In this document: piece by piece, positions 1 to 10,558 of the stretch | How the letters are laid out: each line of letters starts with the position of its first letter | Position numbering within the stretch: the first letter of the stretch is position 1 | DNA from: Candidatus Latescibacterota bacterium | GTDB taxonomy: Bacteria; Latescibacterota; UBA2968; UBA8231 | NCBI GenBank assembly: GCA_965215195.1 | Contig: CBDCDC010000002.1 | Location: 2,112,001-2,176,000, forward strand | Length of the DNA: 64,000 nt | Direction of reading: 5' to 3' | Translations under genes and position numbers: made by a program | The notes under the pieces: generated by a model | What the model was told of the DNA's origin: nothing | The model's database searches: none | The model's input: only the letters and a program-made list of their open reading frames with translations

Positions 1-1
1 G

Positions 2-391
2 CACACCCTGCGCCGACGCGGCAAAGCCCACCAAGGCGAGTTTCACCTGCATCCTTGGGAGAAGCAACAGTTCGTCCCGCTCTTTGAAGCGGCGCAAGGG
101 CAAAAAATCGGCGCACTCATCGGCCCCATCGCCGTGGAGGTCCCCGCGGCCGAGGTCCTGAGCACCGAGCCGGTCAGCGGCCCGTACTACGCCATTTTCC
201 GCTTGCTCGATTCGACGATCAACGCCGCCCCGAGGCCCTTCGCGCAGGCCGAGCACCGCGCACGGGCGCTGGTGCGCCGCCAAAAGCAGGAGCGGCTCTT
301 TGGGCAGTTCATCATCCAACTGCGCCACCAATACGCAGCGCAAATCGAGGTTTTCCGCGAGCAGGTGGAGGCCCTCGTCCGCAGCACTTAA
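2..391 (+). CDS. 3' part of a PpiC/PpiD-like foldase (peptidyl-prolyl isomerase), truncated by the window edge
   Basis: Frame is open from base 2 (HTLRRRGKAHQGEFHL...IGALIGPI...YAIFRLL...RPFAQAEHRARALVRRQKQERLF), the typical tail of parvulin/SurA-like proteins. Confidence 0.5.
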   Translation, partial: HTLRRRGKAHQGEFHLHPWEKQQFVPLFEAAQGQKIGALIGPIAVEVPAAEVLSTEPVSGPYYAIFRLLDSTINAAPRPFAQAEHRARALVRRQKQERLFGQFIIQLRHQYAAQIEVFREQVEALVRST

Positions 392-657
392 CTGACGTTA
401 CGCATCGTCGGAGCCTGTGCGCTAGACGCTGATCGAGGTTTTGATCCGTTGCGGCCATCAGGCGTATAAGGCCGCTCAGGCGGGTCCGGTAGAGAATAAA
501 GATCGTTATTCCCTATACCGCGCCCACTAAGTCAGCACATGGAATTTTAAGGAGGCTTCCTAAGTACACGACACTACGGTTCCAGCCGGGCGATCTGGCG
601 TCCCGCCCTCCCAAGACGCTCGAAAAGACGCGCACTCAACGTTTAAGGAGACTAAAA

Positions 658-2556
658 ATGGTGAGAATCGAAGCGAACATACCGTTTGTCGAGCCGCCCC
701 AGTGGGCCGTTCTCGAGCGCAGCCTAATCGACCTGATGAACGCATCCATCGAACCGGTCGTGGAACGCTACATGCGCCCAGACGGCTCGGTGCTGTGGCC
801 CACGAGCGACGACTTCAGCAGCATCGACGGCCTAGACGACGCGTACGAGAGCTTCCACAACTGGCCGCTCTTTTACTTGCTGGGCGGCGGCGATCCCGTG
901 CTCGAACATTCCCACCGCGCTTGGGAGGGCATCACCCGGCAGTTTTCCCGCTACGACACCGGCCACGGCCACCCCATGGTCGTCAAAGAATACGAGCAAG
1001 GGTACGACTGGATGCACCAAGGCGAGGGGTACTTGTTTTTCTATTTGCTGTGCCTCGCCGATCCAACGCACCAAAAGAACGCCGAGCGCGCCAAGCGCTA
1101 TGCCGGCTTCTATCTCAACGAAGACCCTGCGGCCCCCAATTACGACGCCGAGAAGAAGCTCATCCGCTGCGCCCACAACGGCAGCATGGGCCCGGCGCAC
1201 CGCAACTTTGCCAAGCACTACACGACCTATCGCTACGCCCAGTGGAAACCTTGGCCCTTGCCCTTTCACGACATTCCCGGCATTGAGACGGTCGAGGACT
1301 TGCAAAAGCCGGGCATGGAAGAGAAGATGGGCCAAGCCCTCGTCGAGCGCATGAGCCGCGGCGATGTGGCCTGCAACCTCGCGGTTACCAGCATGGTGAC
1401 CAACGCCTATCTGTGCAGCGGCGACGACCAGTACCGAGCTTGGGTCGAGGAATACACCAACGCGTGGATTGAGCGCACCCGGCAAAACAACGGCATCCTG
1501 CCCGACAACATCGGCCTCTCCGGCACCATCGGCGAATACCTCGACGGCAAGTGGTACGGCGGCTACTACGGCTGGACTTGGCCGCACGGCTGGCACCACC
1601 TGAGCGACGCCTGCATTGCGGCCGCGGAAAACGCGACCTTGCTCTCCGGCGACTTGCGCTACATGGACTTTCCGCGCTCGCAAATCGACGTGCTAATGCA
1701 GCAGGGGGACATGCGGGGACAAACCCTGTACGCGCCGCACTTCTACCACGACAAAGGCTGGGATGGATACAGCCCCATGCAGGCCCATCCCACGACCCAC
1801 CTCTGGTGCATGAGCATGCAGCGAGAGGACATGGCGCGGCTCAAACAGCAGCGCAACCACGACGCGGACAACTGGCGGCAGGTAAGCTCGCACTCTTCCA
1901 AGCACGGCGGCGGCCACGAAGCCGCTTGGACCGCGTATTTAGCAGGCGAATACCCGCAGTACCCAGTCGATATCCTGCGGCACAACCACGCGCAACTATA
2001 TCAGCGCCTAGCCTTTATGCGCGACGACCAGCAAGACCCTTCCACCTACGGCGACTGGTATCTGCAAGTGCGCAACCCCATCACGGTCGAGGGCTTGGTG
2101 CAACTAACGATGGGTGCCCCGCTCTTCATGTACAACGGCGGCCTGCTCATGGCTCGCCTGCGCTACTTCGACCCGCAACGCGGCCGACCGGGCTTGCCGC
2201 CAGACGTGGCTGCCTTGGTAGAATCGCTCGCCCACGAGCGGGCCGTCCTGCACTTGGTCAACCTGCACCCGACGCAAGAGCGCGAGGTCTTGGTACAGGC
2301 CGGTGCCTTTGGCGAGCATAGCTTCACCCGCGTTGCCTTTCAGCAGCGCGTGCCCATCTCGGCTGAAGAAGCCGGCGTTGGGCACACGCACGCCGCCCAA
2401 TATCAGCAGACCGTTCAGGGGCAGCTAGAGGACCAAATAGCTACCGTACAGAATCGCCACTTCACCGTCTGCCTCCAAGCTGGCGCGGCCATTCGGCTCA
2501 ACTTGGGAATGGAGCGTTTCGTCAATAAGCCCTCGTACGCCCGGCCGTGGGATTAG
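658..2556 (+). CDS. Conserved hypothetical protein, 632 aa, possibly an alpha/alpha-barrel glycosidase- or lyase-like fold
   Basis: AAGGAG SD before ATG; long ORF with host-like codon usage, rich in aromatic residues; first gene of a catabolic operon. Confidence 0.75.
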   Translation: MVRIEANIPFVEPPQWAVLERSLIDLMNASIEPVVERYMRPDGSVLWPTSDDFSSIDGLDDAYESFHNWPLFYLLGGGDPVLEHSHRAWEGITRQFSRYDTGHGHPMVVKEYEQGYDWMHQGEGYLFFYLLCLADPTHQKNAERAKRYAGFYLNEDPAAPNYDAEKKLIRCAHNGSMGPAHRNFAKHYTTYRYAQWKPWPLPFHDIPGIETVEDLQKPGMEEKMGQALVERMSRGDVACNLAVTSMVTNAYLCSGDDQYRAWVEEYTNAWIERTRQNNGILPDNIGLSGTIGEYLDGKWYGGYYGWTWPHGWHHLSDACIAAAENATLLSGDLRYMDFPRSQIDVLMQQGDMRGQTLYAPHFYHDKGWDGYSPMQAHPTTHLWCMSMQREDMARLKQQRNHDADNWRQVSSHSSKHGGGHEAAWTAYLAGEYPQYPVDILRHNHAQLYQRLAFMRDDQQDPSTYGDWYLQVRNPITVEGLVQLTMGAPLFMYNGGLLMARLRYFDPQRGRPGLPPDVAALVESLAHERAVLHLVNLHPTQEREVLVQAGAFGEHSFTRVAFQQRVPISAEEAGVGHTHAAQYQQTVQGQLEDQIATVQNRHFTVCLQAGAAIRLNLGMERFVNKPSYARPWD

Positions 2557-2564
2557 GAGGCCAC

Positions 2565-3341
2565 ATGCCCAACCGCATCAAAGACCAACTCGCCGCGGAC
2601 AAGCCCGCTTTCGGTGCCCAGCTCCGCTTTGGCTCTCCGGCCATTGCCGAACTCTTTGGCCATTCGGGTTTCGACTTTCTCGTCATCGACTCGGAACACG
2701 CGCCGCAAACCCCCACTGGCATCCAAGCGCAATTGCAGGCCATCGGCAATACCCCGGCCACACCCATCGTCCGCCTGCCGCGCATTGACGAGGAGCAGAT
2801 CCGCCTCTACCTCGACATGGGTGCGCTGGGCATCCTCGCCCCGTTCGTAAGCACGGCCGCCCAAGCCGCAGAAGGCGCTCGCGCCTGCCGCTATCCGCCC
2901 GTTGGGGTCCGTGGTTTCGGACCGCATCGGGCCGCCCAGTACGGGTTGCGCACCGACGAGTACTTCGCAAAAATAAACGACTTGGTGATATTCATCGCGC
3001 TGATCGAGACGGCCGAGGCGGTCGCCAACATCGACGAAATTCTCGCCGTGGAAGGCGTTGATGCGTTCGTCATTGGCCCGGTCGATCTGTCCATTTCGCT
3101 GGGTGTGCCCTTCAACTACGAGGGCTCCGTCTTCCAAGACGCCCAAGCCCAGCTCGCTGCGGCCGCGCGCTGCGCCGGCAAGCCCGCCGGCATTGGGGTC
3201 TATCGCCCGGCCAGCGACCCGCGTGCACTCCAACGCGCCATGGACGACGGCTTCTCCCTGATCTTAGCTGGCGGCGACGAGCCTTTCTTGGCGGCAGGGT
3301 GCCAACAGATGGCGCGGGTTCGGGCGGAGTTGGGCTACTAA
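2565..3341 (+). CDS. HpcH/HpaI aldolase/citrate lyase family protein
   Basis: GFDFLVIDSEH, RYPPVGVRG, IETAEAVANIDEILAVEGVD..IGPVDL motifs; AGGAGG SD. Confidence 0.9.
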   Translation: MPNRIKDQLAADKPAFGAQLRFGSPAIAELFGHSGFDFLVIDSEHAPQTPTGIQAQLQAIGNTPATPIVRLPRIDEEQIRLYLDMGALGILAPFVSTAAQAAEGARACRYPPVGVRGFGPHRAAQYGLRTDEYFAKINDLVIFIALIETAEAVANIDEILAVEGVDAFVIGPVDLSISLGVPFNYEGSVFQDAQAQLAAAARCAGKPAGIGVYRPASDPRALQRAMDDGFSLILAGGDEPFLAAGCQQMARVRAELGY

Positions 3342-4357
3342 TGCGCCGGCTCGAAGTCCTCTTTCTGCCCCACCCGGTCGCCGCGCTCGCCGCGCCTTGG
3401 GCGACCGACGTCATCGAGGCCGTACGCGCCCGCCACAATCTCCGCATCTTCGACCACACCCAGCCGGCCGCACCCCAACTGGCGGGCATTGAAGCCATCG
3501 TCGATTTAGGCGGCAATAGTGTCGCCAATGCTGGCGACAGGAAGCGCACCCCGGACCTGCTGGCTGCTGCGGCCGCCGCTGGCGTCAAATTCCTCCAAGT
3601 CCAGACCACCGGCCTCGACCACATTGACGTCGAAGGCATTCTCAACGCCGGGCTGCTTTTGGCGCATTGCCCCGGGCAGCTCAGCAGCGCGGCGTTGGCC
3701 CAGAGCGCGATGATGTTCATCCTCCTGCATGCCCACCGCTACGGAGAGGCGCGGCGGAATTTTGACGCTCGCAAGCTATACGCGCCTACGGGCATTGAGC
3801 TGGAGGGTCTGACGCTCGGCCTGATCGGCTTTGGCGCGAGCGCCCAAGACTTGGCGCGCCGGACCAGAGCCTTTGGCCTGCGGCTCGCGGCCATCGACAT
3901 CCGCCCTATTGCAGAGGAAATCCTCGCTGAAATCCAACCCGAATTTCTCGGCGGCCCGGCCGACACGGACCGCGTGGTGGCCGAAAGCGACTACCTATCG
4001 CTGCACCTGCACCTGACCCCGACAACCCGGCACACCATGGACGCCCGGCGCATCGGCCTGATGAAGGAAACCGCCTGCCTAATCAACGTCGCCCGCGGCG
4101 AGTTGGTCGATGAGGACGCCCTCTACCGGGCGCTGTTGGACGGTCGCTTGGGCGGGGCCGGGCTCGATGTTTTCGCCGAGGAGCCGCCCGACCGCGGATT
4201 GCCCGTTTACCAGCTACCCAACGTCTTTGTCATGCCCCACACGGCCGGTTCCACCAACGGCACCTCGCGCAAGCGGGCGCGTCTGGCCGCCGACAACCTC
4301 GACCGCTATGCTCGGGGCGAGGCGCTCGTGGGGCAGATCACGTCTAGATTTATCTAA
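3341..4357 (+). CDS. D-isomer-specific 2-hydroxyacid dehydrogenase (NAD-binding)
   Basis: TTGLDHID, GLIGFG, LINVARGELVDE, GAGLDVF.EEP, MPHTAG motifs; stop/start overlap TAATG. Confidence 0.9.
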   Translation: MRRLEVLFLPHPVAALAAPWATDVIEAVRARHNLRIFDHTQPAAPQLAGIEAIVDLGGNSVANAGDRKRTPDLLAAAAAAGVKFLQVQTTGLDHIDVEGILNAGLLLAHCPGQLSSAALAQSAMMFILLHAHRYGEARRNFDARKLYAPTGIELEGLTLGLIGFGASAQDLARRTRAFGLRLAAIDIRPIAEEILAEIQPEFLGGPADTDRVVAESDYLSLHLHLTPTTRHTMDARRIGLMKETACLINVARGELVDEDALYRALLDGRLGGAGLDVFAEEPPDRGLPVYQLPNVFVMPHTAGSTNGTSRKRARLAADNLDRYARGEALVGQITSRFI

Positions 4358-4395
4358 GTTTTCGCCCGAAAAGAAGAGATAGGAGATTTCTCACC

Positions 4396-4476
4396 GTGAA
4401 CGCGCTTATTGCGGGTGCCAGTTCTGGCATTGGCGAGACCAGCGCTCGGCGGCTGGCGGCGGCTCAATGTCGATGA
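4396..4476 (+). pseudogene. N-terminal remnant of an SDR oxidoreductase
   Basis: AGGAG SD then GTG-NALIAGASSGIGETSARRLAA (Rossmann GxxxGIG), cut off where the higA region begins. Confidence 0.6.
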
Positions 4477-4802
4477 ACTAGTGCTGACGCCGCTGGGGCA
4501 GCAGTGGTAGGGCAGGTGGATGCCTTGACGAGCGGCTCAATGGTGCTGATGTCGGTCGAGGCACGGGCGAGGTTGAGGTCGTACATTCGCTGGAGGTTCA
4601 GCCAGAACTCGGGAGTCATCCCTAGGGCCTGTCCAATTCGCAGCACCGTGTCCGCTGTAATTGATCTGCGGCGGTGGACGATTTCGTTGATGCGTATCGG
4701 GGCCACTCCGATGGCTTTGGCCAGACGGTACTGGCTGATGCCGAGTTCGTCCAGAATCTCGGCCAGATGTTCTCCTGGGTGGATCAGGGCAGTTGTAGTC
4801 AT
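4464..4802 (-). CDS. higA: HigA-family antitoxin (HTH)
   Basis: IHPGEHLAEILDELGISQYRLAKAIGV...RINEIV...ITADT..R..GMTPEFWLNLQ; GGAGG SD. Confidence 0.9.
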   Translation of the reverse strand: MTTTALIHPGEHLAEILDELGISQYRLAKAIGVAPIRINEIVHRRRSITADTVLRIGQALGMTPEFWLNLQRMYDLNLARASTDISTIEPLVKASTCPTTAAPAASALVHRH

Positions 4803-5326
4803 AAAAACCTCCTGGGATACTGACGTTTTGAAACGTCAGAGGGATAAGGATTTCTTCCGCGACGGGCGGGCAACGCACCCGGCGTTGTCTGCCCCCGAGT
4901 GGAAGAAAAACTACCATAGATTATCTCTATGACTACGGGGTTATGTCATAGGGAAATTTGATTTCACGCGGAACAAAACGGTAGCGATCTTTCTGTTAGG
5001 TTGAGCACCCAACCTTCAGAGCCTGTCGGGGCTACCTCTGGGCCGGTGGTACGCTGCAACTCGTTTGCGGCCTCTGGCACTGCTGGCGTTTCCTCGACAG
5101 TACCAACCCGAAAGCCTGATGGTGCTGCGGCCGGGTTGGGAGCGGGTCAGCCGATAGACGCTGATGCTATCGGTGCCAAGCAGCCAGTGCGGTTGTAATG
5201 GGTCCGGGATACTCCTGTTAGTGGCGTAGGAAACCACGTTCCTCGATGGATGCTGCACAGCGGCGGTAGAGGGCAGAGGGTAAAGCTGACTTCTTTAGAG
5301 GTCAGTGGCATTACTGGATCTTCTCC

Positions 5327-5563
5327 TCAGTGATAGTCGGTGATTTCGATTTCCATAGCACCTTGGTCTGTCCAGTGAAAGCACACGCGCCATTGGTCAT
5401 TGATGCGAATGCTGTGCTGGCCTGTCCGGTCCCCGCGCAGCGATTTGAGGCGATGGGAGGGCGGCACCCGAAGGTCGGCCAGTACGGTCGCCGCAACCAC
5501 TCGCTGCAACCTCATTCGCGCCCGATACAACGATCCATCGCCGCTCGTCCTGTAATCTTGCAT
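5327..5563 (-). CDS. higB: HigB/RelE-family toxin with a degenerate N-terminus
   Basis: DLRVPPSHRLKSLRGDRTGQHSIRINDQWRVCF.W....EIEITDYH is the canonical HigB C-terminal half. Confidence 0.7.
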   Translation of the reverse strand: MQDYRTSGDGSLYRARMRLQRVVAATVLADLRVPPSHRLKSLRGDRTGQHSIRINDQWRVCFHWTDQGAMEIEITDYH

Positions 5564-5628
5564 TGTTTTTTTACGGTTATTCTGTAAGTTTACATTGTAT
5601 TCTTACAGTTATTCCGTAAATTTGCAAT

Positions 5629-6810
5629 ATGCACAATTCCTCAATAGAGCGCCTGCTCAAATTGCCCGCGCACTCCTTCTTTCTCTTCGGTCCGCGCGGG
5701 GTCGGCAAAAGCACTTGGCTGCGCCAAGCCTTGCCCAAGGCCGCCTTATTCGACCTACTCGACGCGGCTCTCCATCTAGAGCTATCCCGCAATCCCCATG
5801 ACCTAGAGGCACTAGCCGGCGATAGGGCGGCGGATTCGTGGATCGTGCTCGACGAAATCCAGAAAGTACCCGCCCTCTTAGACGAGGTGCATCGCCTGCT
5901 GGAAACGCGGCGCTGGCACTTTGCCCTCTGCGGCTCATCGGCGCGCACGTTGCGGCGCGGGGGCGTCAACCTGCTCGGCGGACGCGCCCTGACCCGCTTT
6001 ATGGCACCGTTTTCCCAGCGGGAGTTGGGTGCCGACTTCGACGCCAACTTCTCCCTGCAATGGGGCCTTTTGCCCCTCGTGCAAGCGGACCGACGGTACG
6101 CCGCCGACCTGCTGCAGGCTTACGTCCACACGTATATCAAAGAAGAAATCAGCGAAGAGGGCTTGGTGCGCCGACTGCCTCCTTTTCTCCGCTTTCTCGA
6201 AGTCGCCGGTCTGCTTAATGGCCAAGTAGTAAACGGCCAGAACATCGCCCGCGATGCCGCCATCCCGCGCAGCAGCGTCGATGGGTATTTCTCCATCCTC
6301 CAAGACACCTTGCTCGGCCACTTCCTACCCTCCTACCGACCTCAGCTCAAAGTGCGCGAAAAGGCCCGCCCTAAGTTCTACTGGTTCGACGCTGGGGTGG
6401 CCCGGGCCGCGGCCGGCCTCGCCTATGACCCGCCCGATCGCCTGTGGCTGGGCACGGCCCTAGAGACTTTGGTCTATCACGAATTGCGCGTCTATAACCA
6501 TGTGTACAACAAGTACCGCCCGATCGCCTTTTACCGCACCCCGGCTGGCGCGGAAATCGACTTTGTCATTGAAACGCGCAAGCGCACGACTTCCTCGCCA
6601 CCGCACGTCGCCTGTTTGGAGATCAAGTTGGCTGAAAAATGGAACCGGAGTTGGGAGCGCCCCATGCGCTCCTTGCACAAGGCCGAGGGCATTGAGGTGG
6701 AGCGCATGATCGGCGTCTATACCGGCGAGCGGGCCTACCACTACGACGGCCTAGACGTGTGGCCGCTGGAGGAGTTTTTGCGCCGACTGTACGAGGGCGA
6801 GGTCTTTTAG
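5629..6810 (+). CDS. AAA+ ATPase with DUF4143 domain (AAA_14 family)
   Basis: Walker A GPRGVGKST, Walker B LDEIQK, CGSS, GRA, PKFYWFDAG, FYRT..GAEIDFV. Confidence 0.9.
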   Translation: MHNSSIERLLKLPAHSFFLFGPRGVGKSTWLRQALPKAALFDLLDAALHLELSRNPHDLEALAGDRAADSWIVLDEIQKVPALLDEVHRLLETRRWHFALCGSSARTLRRGGVNLLGGRALTRFMAPFSQRELGADFDANFSLQWGLLPLVQADRRYAADLLQAYVHTYIKEEISEEGLVRRLPPFLRFLEVAGLLNGQVVNGQNIARDAAIPRSSVDGYFSILQDTLLGHFLPSYRPQLKVREKARPKFYWFDAGVARAAAGLAYDPPDRLWLGTALETLVYHELRVYNHVYNKYRPIAFYRTPAGAEIDFVIETRKRTTSSPPHVACLEIKLAEKWNRSWERPMRSLHKAEGIEVERMIGVYTGERAYHYDGLDVWPLEEFLRRLYEGEVF

Positions 6811-6823
6811 CTCCCCAACCGCC

Positions 6824-7837
6824 TCAAGCCGCGACCGGAGTGGGCAATTCCGGCACGTATTCGTATCCTGGCTCGGCCTTTTGTCGCTCGAGGATGGCCG
6901 CGATCTCCGTCCACGCCTCGTACAGCCCCCGCGGGCAATGCGGCAGATCGCTTTTGATCGTTGCGTGCAGCTTGCCGAGCCGGTAGCACGGCACGGCCGC
7001 GTACATGTGGTGTTCGATGTGGTAGTTCATGTGCCAGTAGAGAAAGCGGAAAAACGGGTTCAAGATGACCGTGCGGGTGCAGAGCCGAAAATCTGGCACG
7101 TCGTCCTGCAAGCCGATGTGCTGGGTATTGTTGCACAAAAACAGCAGCCAGCCGCCGTAGAACGGGGCCAGCGTAATGAGCACCGGCACCAACCACAGGC
7201 CGAAGTACAAGGATACCCCCACGATTAGAGCGTGTCCCACCAGCAGGAAGCGATCCCAGCGAATGAGCCGCCGCCGCTTGTGCGGTGCCGATTCGGGGAA
7301 GAGCGCCAGCTCCCATTCGCCCTCTAATTTCCCGAATGCCCGCCGCGCCGTTGTCTTGTAGCGGGCGTACAAGCCCCACGGATTTACAACGGCACTCTTA
7401 AAAAAATCCACGAGTCGCAATTGGGCTGGCAGGACCACTTCGAGATCGTCGGGCGGGTGCAGGGTGTACTTGTGGTGCTCGGTGTGACTGGTCCAGAAGT
7501 GGATGTGATTGTACGCGCCCAAAAAGCTGAACAGGCGCAAGAAGAAGTAGTTGAGGAACTTGCTCTTGAAGACCGTGGAGTGACACAATTCGTGGAAGCC
7601 GTTCAGCAAAAAGGCGTAGAACGTGCCGTGCAAAAAGAGGATCAGCAGCAACCACGGCAGGGACCAATGCTCGGCCGCGTACCAAGCCCCCGCGCCCGTC
7701 GCCGCCAGCAAACCCAAATGCCCCAGCGTTTGCAGCAGCCCCCAAAAGTTGCTGCGCTGGTTGAGCGCGTTGAGCGTGGCGCGCGGCAAGGGGCAGCGAT
7801 ACCAGTTTATTTTGCGCTGGTTCTTTGTCATTTTCAC
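6824..7837 (-). CDS. Fatty-acid desaturase family membrane di-iron enzyme
   Basis: Three His boxes HELCH, HTEHH, HIEHH plus hydrophobic segments. Confidence 0.9.
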   Translation of the reverse strand: MKMTKNQRKINWYRCPLPRATLNALNQRSNFWGLLQTLGHLGLLAATGAGAWYAAEHWSLPWLLLILFLHGTFYAFLLNGFHELCHSTVFKSKFLNYFFLRLFSFLGAYNHIHFWTSHTEHHKYTLHPPDDLEVVLPAQLRLVDFFKSAVVNPWGLYARYKTTARRAFGKLEGEWELALFPESAPHKRRRLIRWDRFLLVGHALIVGVSLYFGLWLVPVLITLAPFYGGWLLFLCNNTQHIGLQDDVPDFRLCTRTVILNPFFRFLYWHMNYHIEHHMYAAVPCYRLGKLHATIKSDLPHCPRGLYEAWTEIAAILERQKAEPGYEYVPELPTPVAA

Positions 7838-7919
7838 GTCGCAATCCTCCGCTAAAAGAAAACCCGCCTTATTGTCGCAACTTGGCGCTGGCCGGGCAAG
7901 TTATATCCATCAGTCCGCA

Positions 7920-8654
7920 CTACAAGCGCCCCTCCCTTATATCCCCGACGATGCGGACCAGCACCTCAACCGCGGCGCGGATGAAGCGCTCCCCCTTTTC
8001 GGCAGAGCCAAAGGTGGGGTCGCCGTAGGTGCCTTGGTCGGTCGCTTCGTGGATCCAGCGGTAGCGAGCGACTTGGCCGGCGCGCTCCGACTGCGGCGGA
8101 TGGCCGTCCTTTTGCAAGCGGTCTACTTTGACCCACTCGGGATGCAGGGCCATCATCACCGAAGTCTCCATTTCGCCGGCATGCCCCCAGCCATGAGGCC
8201 CGGCCTCCCTTATCGGACCCAACTCGTCGTAGGCAAACCAAGAGGTCCCATAGACTTTCGCGTCTGGGCACTGCTCCATCAGGCGCTGCAAGGCGACGTT
8301 CATATTGGGGACATTGCCGCCGTGGCCATTTACTATGGCGATCTTGTCGAAGTCGGCGTGTACCATGCTGCTTACGGTATCGACGATCACGTTGATGTGG
8401 GTCTCGGATTGGGCTGTTATCGTGCCCTTAAACCGCAAGTGGTGCGGAGAATAGCCCAGCCACTGCGCCGGGAGACAGAGGACCTGATCGGGAATCTCCG
8501 CGTCGAGGCGATCGACGATAGCGGCGACCTCGGCCGTGTCCGTTATAAACGGCAGGTGCGGCCCGTGCTGCTCAAACGCCGCGATGGGATATACTACCAC
8601 TGTATCTCTGGACACCTGCTCTAAGTCGGGCCAAGTGAGTTCAGCTAGTTTCAC
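7920..8654 (-). CDS. Creatininase/creatinine amidohydrolase family protein
   Basis: EQHGPHLP..TD, GYSPHH, VNGHGGN, HAGEMETS motifs. Confidence 0.92.
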   Translation of the reverse strand: MKLAELTWPDLEQVSRDTVVVYPIAAFEQHGPHLPFITDTAEVAAIVDRLDAEIPDQVLCLPAQWLGYSPHHLRFKGTITAQSETHINVIVDTVSSMVHADFDKIAIVNGHGGNVPNMNVALQRLMEQCPDAKVYGTSWFAYDELGPIREAGPHGWGHAGEMETSVMMALHPEWVKVDRLQKDGHPPQSERAGQVARYRWIHEATDQGTYGDPTFGSAEKGERFIRAAVEVLVRIVGDIREGRL

Positions 8655-8703
8655 GATGCGCTCCTTTCGTCAGACCTACCCCCTAGTTCCTTCCTGACCG
8701 GCA

Positions 8704-9579
8704 TCAGTCTCCCCAGCGGTCTGGATTGATGCCCGGGGCATCGCGCTGCATGCCTTGGGGTTTGTGTACCTGTTTCCACTCCTTGCCGGTGGTATTGCGG
8801 CTTTGCAGAAAAGGTTTGGCCGCTGCCGGCGCGTTCTCCACCCATTCCGGGTCCCACTCGTCCATCGGCTGAACCGGCCCTGCCCAAGCCGGCCGGTAGC
8901 CGAACTGCACCAGCTCCCGAGGGGCCAAATCCTTGTTGGGATGGGTGCCGTGGAAGAGGAGGGCGGGTATCATGACGACCGAACCAGCCTTGGGACAGAG
9001 CGTGATTTCCTGCGGGTGCGAGACATAGCGCACGTACGGGTTGGCTTGAGCGTGGAATGAGAGATGAGAGCGCGGGATGAGCCGGAAGGGCGCGCGCTCG
9101 GGCCGCAGGTCGTCGAGGTAGTAGAGCACCCGCAAAAGGCGCGGCGAAGAGCCTTCAAAACCAAAGATCGACGAGCCGAAAGGTTGACCGTCGGTGTGCA
9201 TTGAAATCCCCGGCGAGCCGGAGAGGGTGCGGGTAAAAAGCCCGTGCGTGAATACGATGTCCGGCCCCATCAGGGCTTTGAGAAATTCCGCGATCGGCGG
9301 ATAGCCGATCAGCTCGGCCACCGCTCGGCTCGCGCATTGGGGTTCGTGGTGGAAGGTTTGGGCCTCGCTGTAGTCCTTGTGCCCCATCGGCAGGTCTTTT
9401 AGCTCGGCTTTCAGAGCTGCAATATGCTCGGCGTTGAGCACATCCGGCAGGAGCACATAGCCCTCCACTTCGAGATGGCGAATCTGCTCGCTCAGAGAAA
9501 AAGCGGCAAAGTCGGTCTCATTGACCGTCATAAAGCCGATTTCTTCTTTGGGATCAATTTTTACTGTGGTAGCATCCAT
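8704..9579 (-). CDS. Phytanoyl-CoA dioxygenase (PhyH) family protein
   Basis: EGYVLLPDVL, HxD (HTDG), YYLDDL...FRLIPRSH, distal His (LFHG). Confidence 0.85.
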   Translation of the reverse strand: MDATTVKIDPKEEIGFMTVNETDFAAFSLSEQIRHLEVEGYVLLPDVLNAEHIAALKAELKDLPMGHKDYSEAQTFHHEPQCASRAVAELIGYPPIAEFLKALMGPDIVFTHGLFTRTLSGSPGISMHTDGQPFGSSIFGFEGSSPRLLRVLYYLDDLRPERAPFRLIPRSHLSFHAQANPYVRYVSHPQEITLCPKAGSVVMIPALLFHGTHPNKDLAPRELVQFGYRPAWAGPVQPMDEWDPEWVENAPAAAKPFLQSRNTTGKEWKQVHKPQGMQRDAPGINPDRWGD

Positions 9580-9612
9580 GCTGTCCTCCTTCGGGCGGCG
9601 ATGAGGGGTGCC

Positions 9613-10275
9613 CTACGTGCGGGATTCTCGCCACTTGGCGAGGGAAAAGTCGTCCGAATCGTACAGTGCAAAAATTTTCGCTTCTTTGGCCCGCACCTCT
9701 GCCGCCAATTCCAACACTTCCTCGGCGTGCTCCAGCGGAATGCGCACGCATCCGTCGCCATCGCCAAAGATCAGGTCCCCCGGCCGAATCCGCACGGACC
9801 CTACGGAAACCGGCGCGTTGACCCGCGTTGCGTTGAAGACTCCGTGCCCTGGCACCGTCCCCCAAGCGAAGACCGGCAGCCCGACCCGGCGGATCCCCGC
9901 TAAGTCGCGCACCGTTCCATCGACAAGGGCACCCACCGCACCTAGCCGCTGGTGCAGCCGCGCCATGCCGTCGCCAAAACTGGCCCCGCGTCCGGGGCGC
10001 GAATCCACGTCCTTGACCACCCCGATCACTGGCCCCTCCACAGCGTCGATCGCCTCGTAGTACCCTTCCCAAGGGACCGCCACCGAGTCCGGGTCGTTGG
10101 TCGTTACTTCCACCGTCACCGCATAGCCGATGACCGGCCCCAATTCCGGCAGCAGATAGCGGATCGAGTGGTTGGTGTACTCTTCGTTGGGCAGGCCGCA
10201 CTTTAACACGATGGCGTTGAAAATCGTCGGCGCGTCAAATTCCTTAAAGGCTGCTAGCACTTCGGGTTTGACCAT
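9613..10275 (-). CDS. RraA/HMG-aldolase family protein
   Basis: GYAVT, ASFGDGMA...GAVGALVDGTVRD, GLPVFA, IRPGDLIFGDGDG motifs; start refined to MVKPEV after a GGAG SD. Confidence 0.88.
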   Translation of the reverse strand: MVKPEVLAAFKEFDAPTIFNAIVLKCGLPNEEYTNHSIRYLLPELGPVIGYAVTVEVTTNDPDSVAVPWEGYYEAIDAVEGPVIGVVKDVDSRPGRGASFGDGMARLHQRLGAVGALVDGTVRDLAGIRRVGLPVFAWGTVPGHGVFNATRVNAPVSVGSVRIRPGDLIFGDGDGCVRIPLEHAEEVLELAAEVRAKEAKIFALYDSDDFSLAKWRESRT

Positions 10276-10558
10276 GGAAAATTTGCTCCTTTTTAGCCGC
10301 CGATCCCAAGCAGAGCGCAGGCATTGCGCCCGAAAATATGGGTCTGGCAGTCTATGCACATGGGCTTGTTGGAATGCGAATTAGAGGGAATAGAGCGCAT
10401 TAGCACGGCGGTTGTCAATCCGCGCCGCTCTCGGCGACAGGCCGTTGGGACTCTCTTGGGCAAGAGACGAGGGTTGCCCCTACGGGTGGCTTGTTCTCGG
10501 TGCATACCCTATACTTTGCGCTGCCATAGCGACCACCCACCAACCAGAGGTCCATCCC

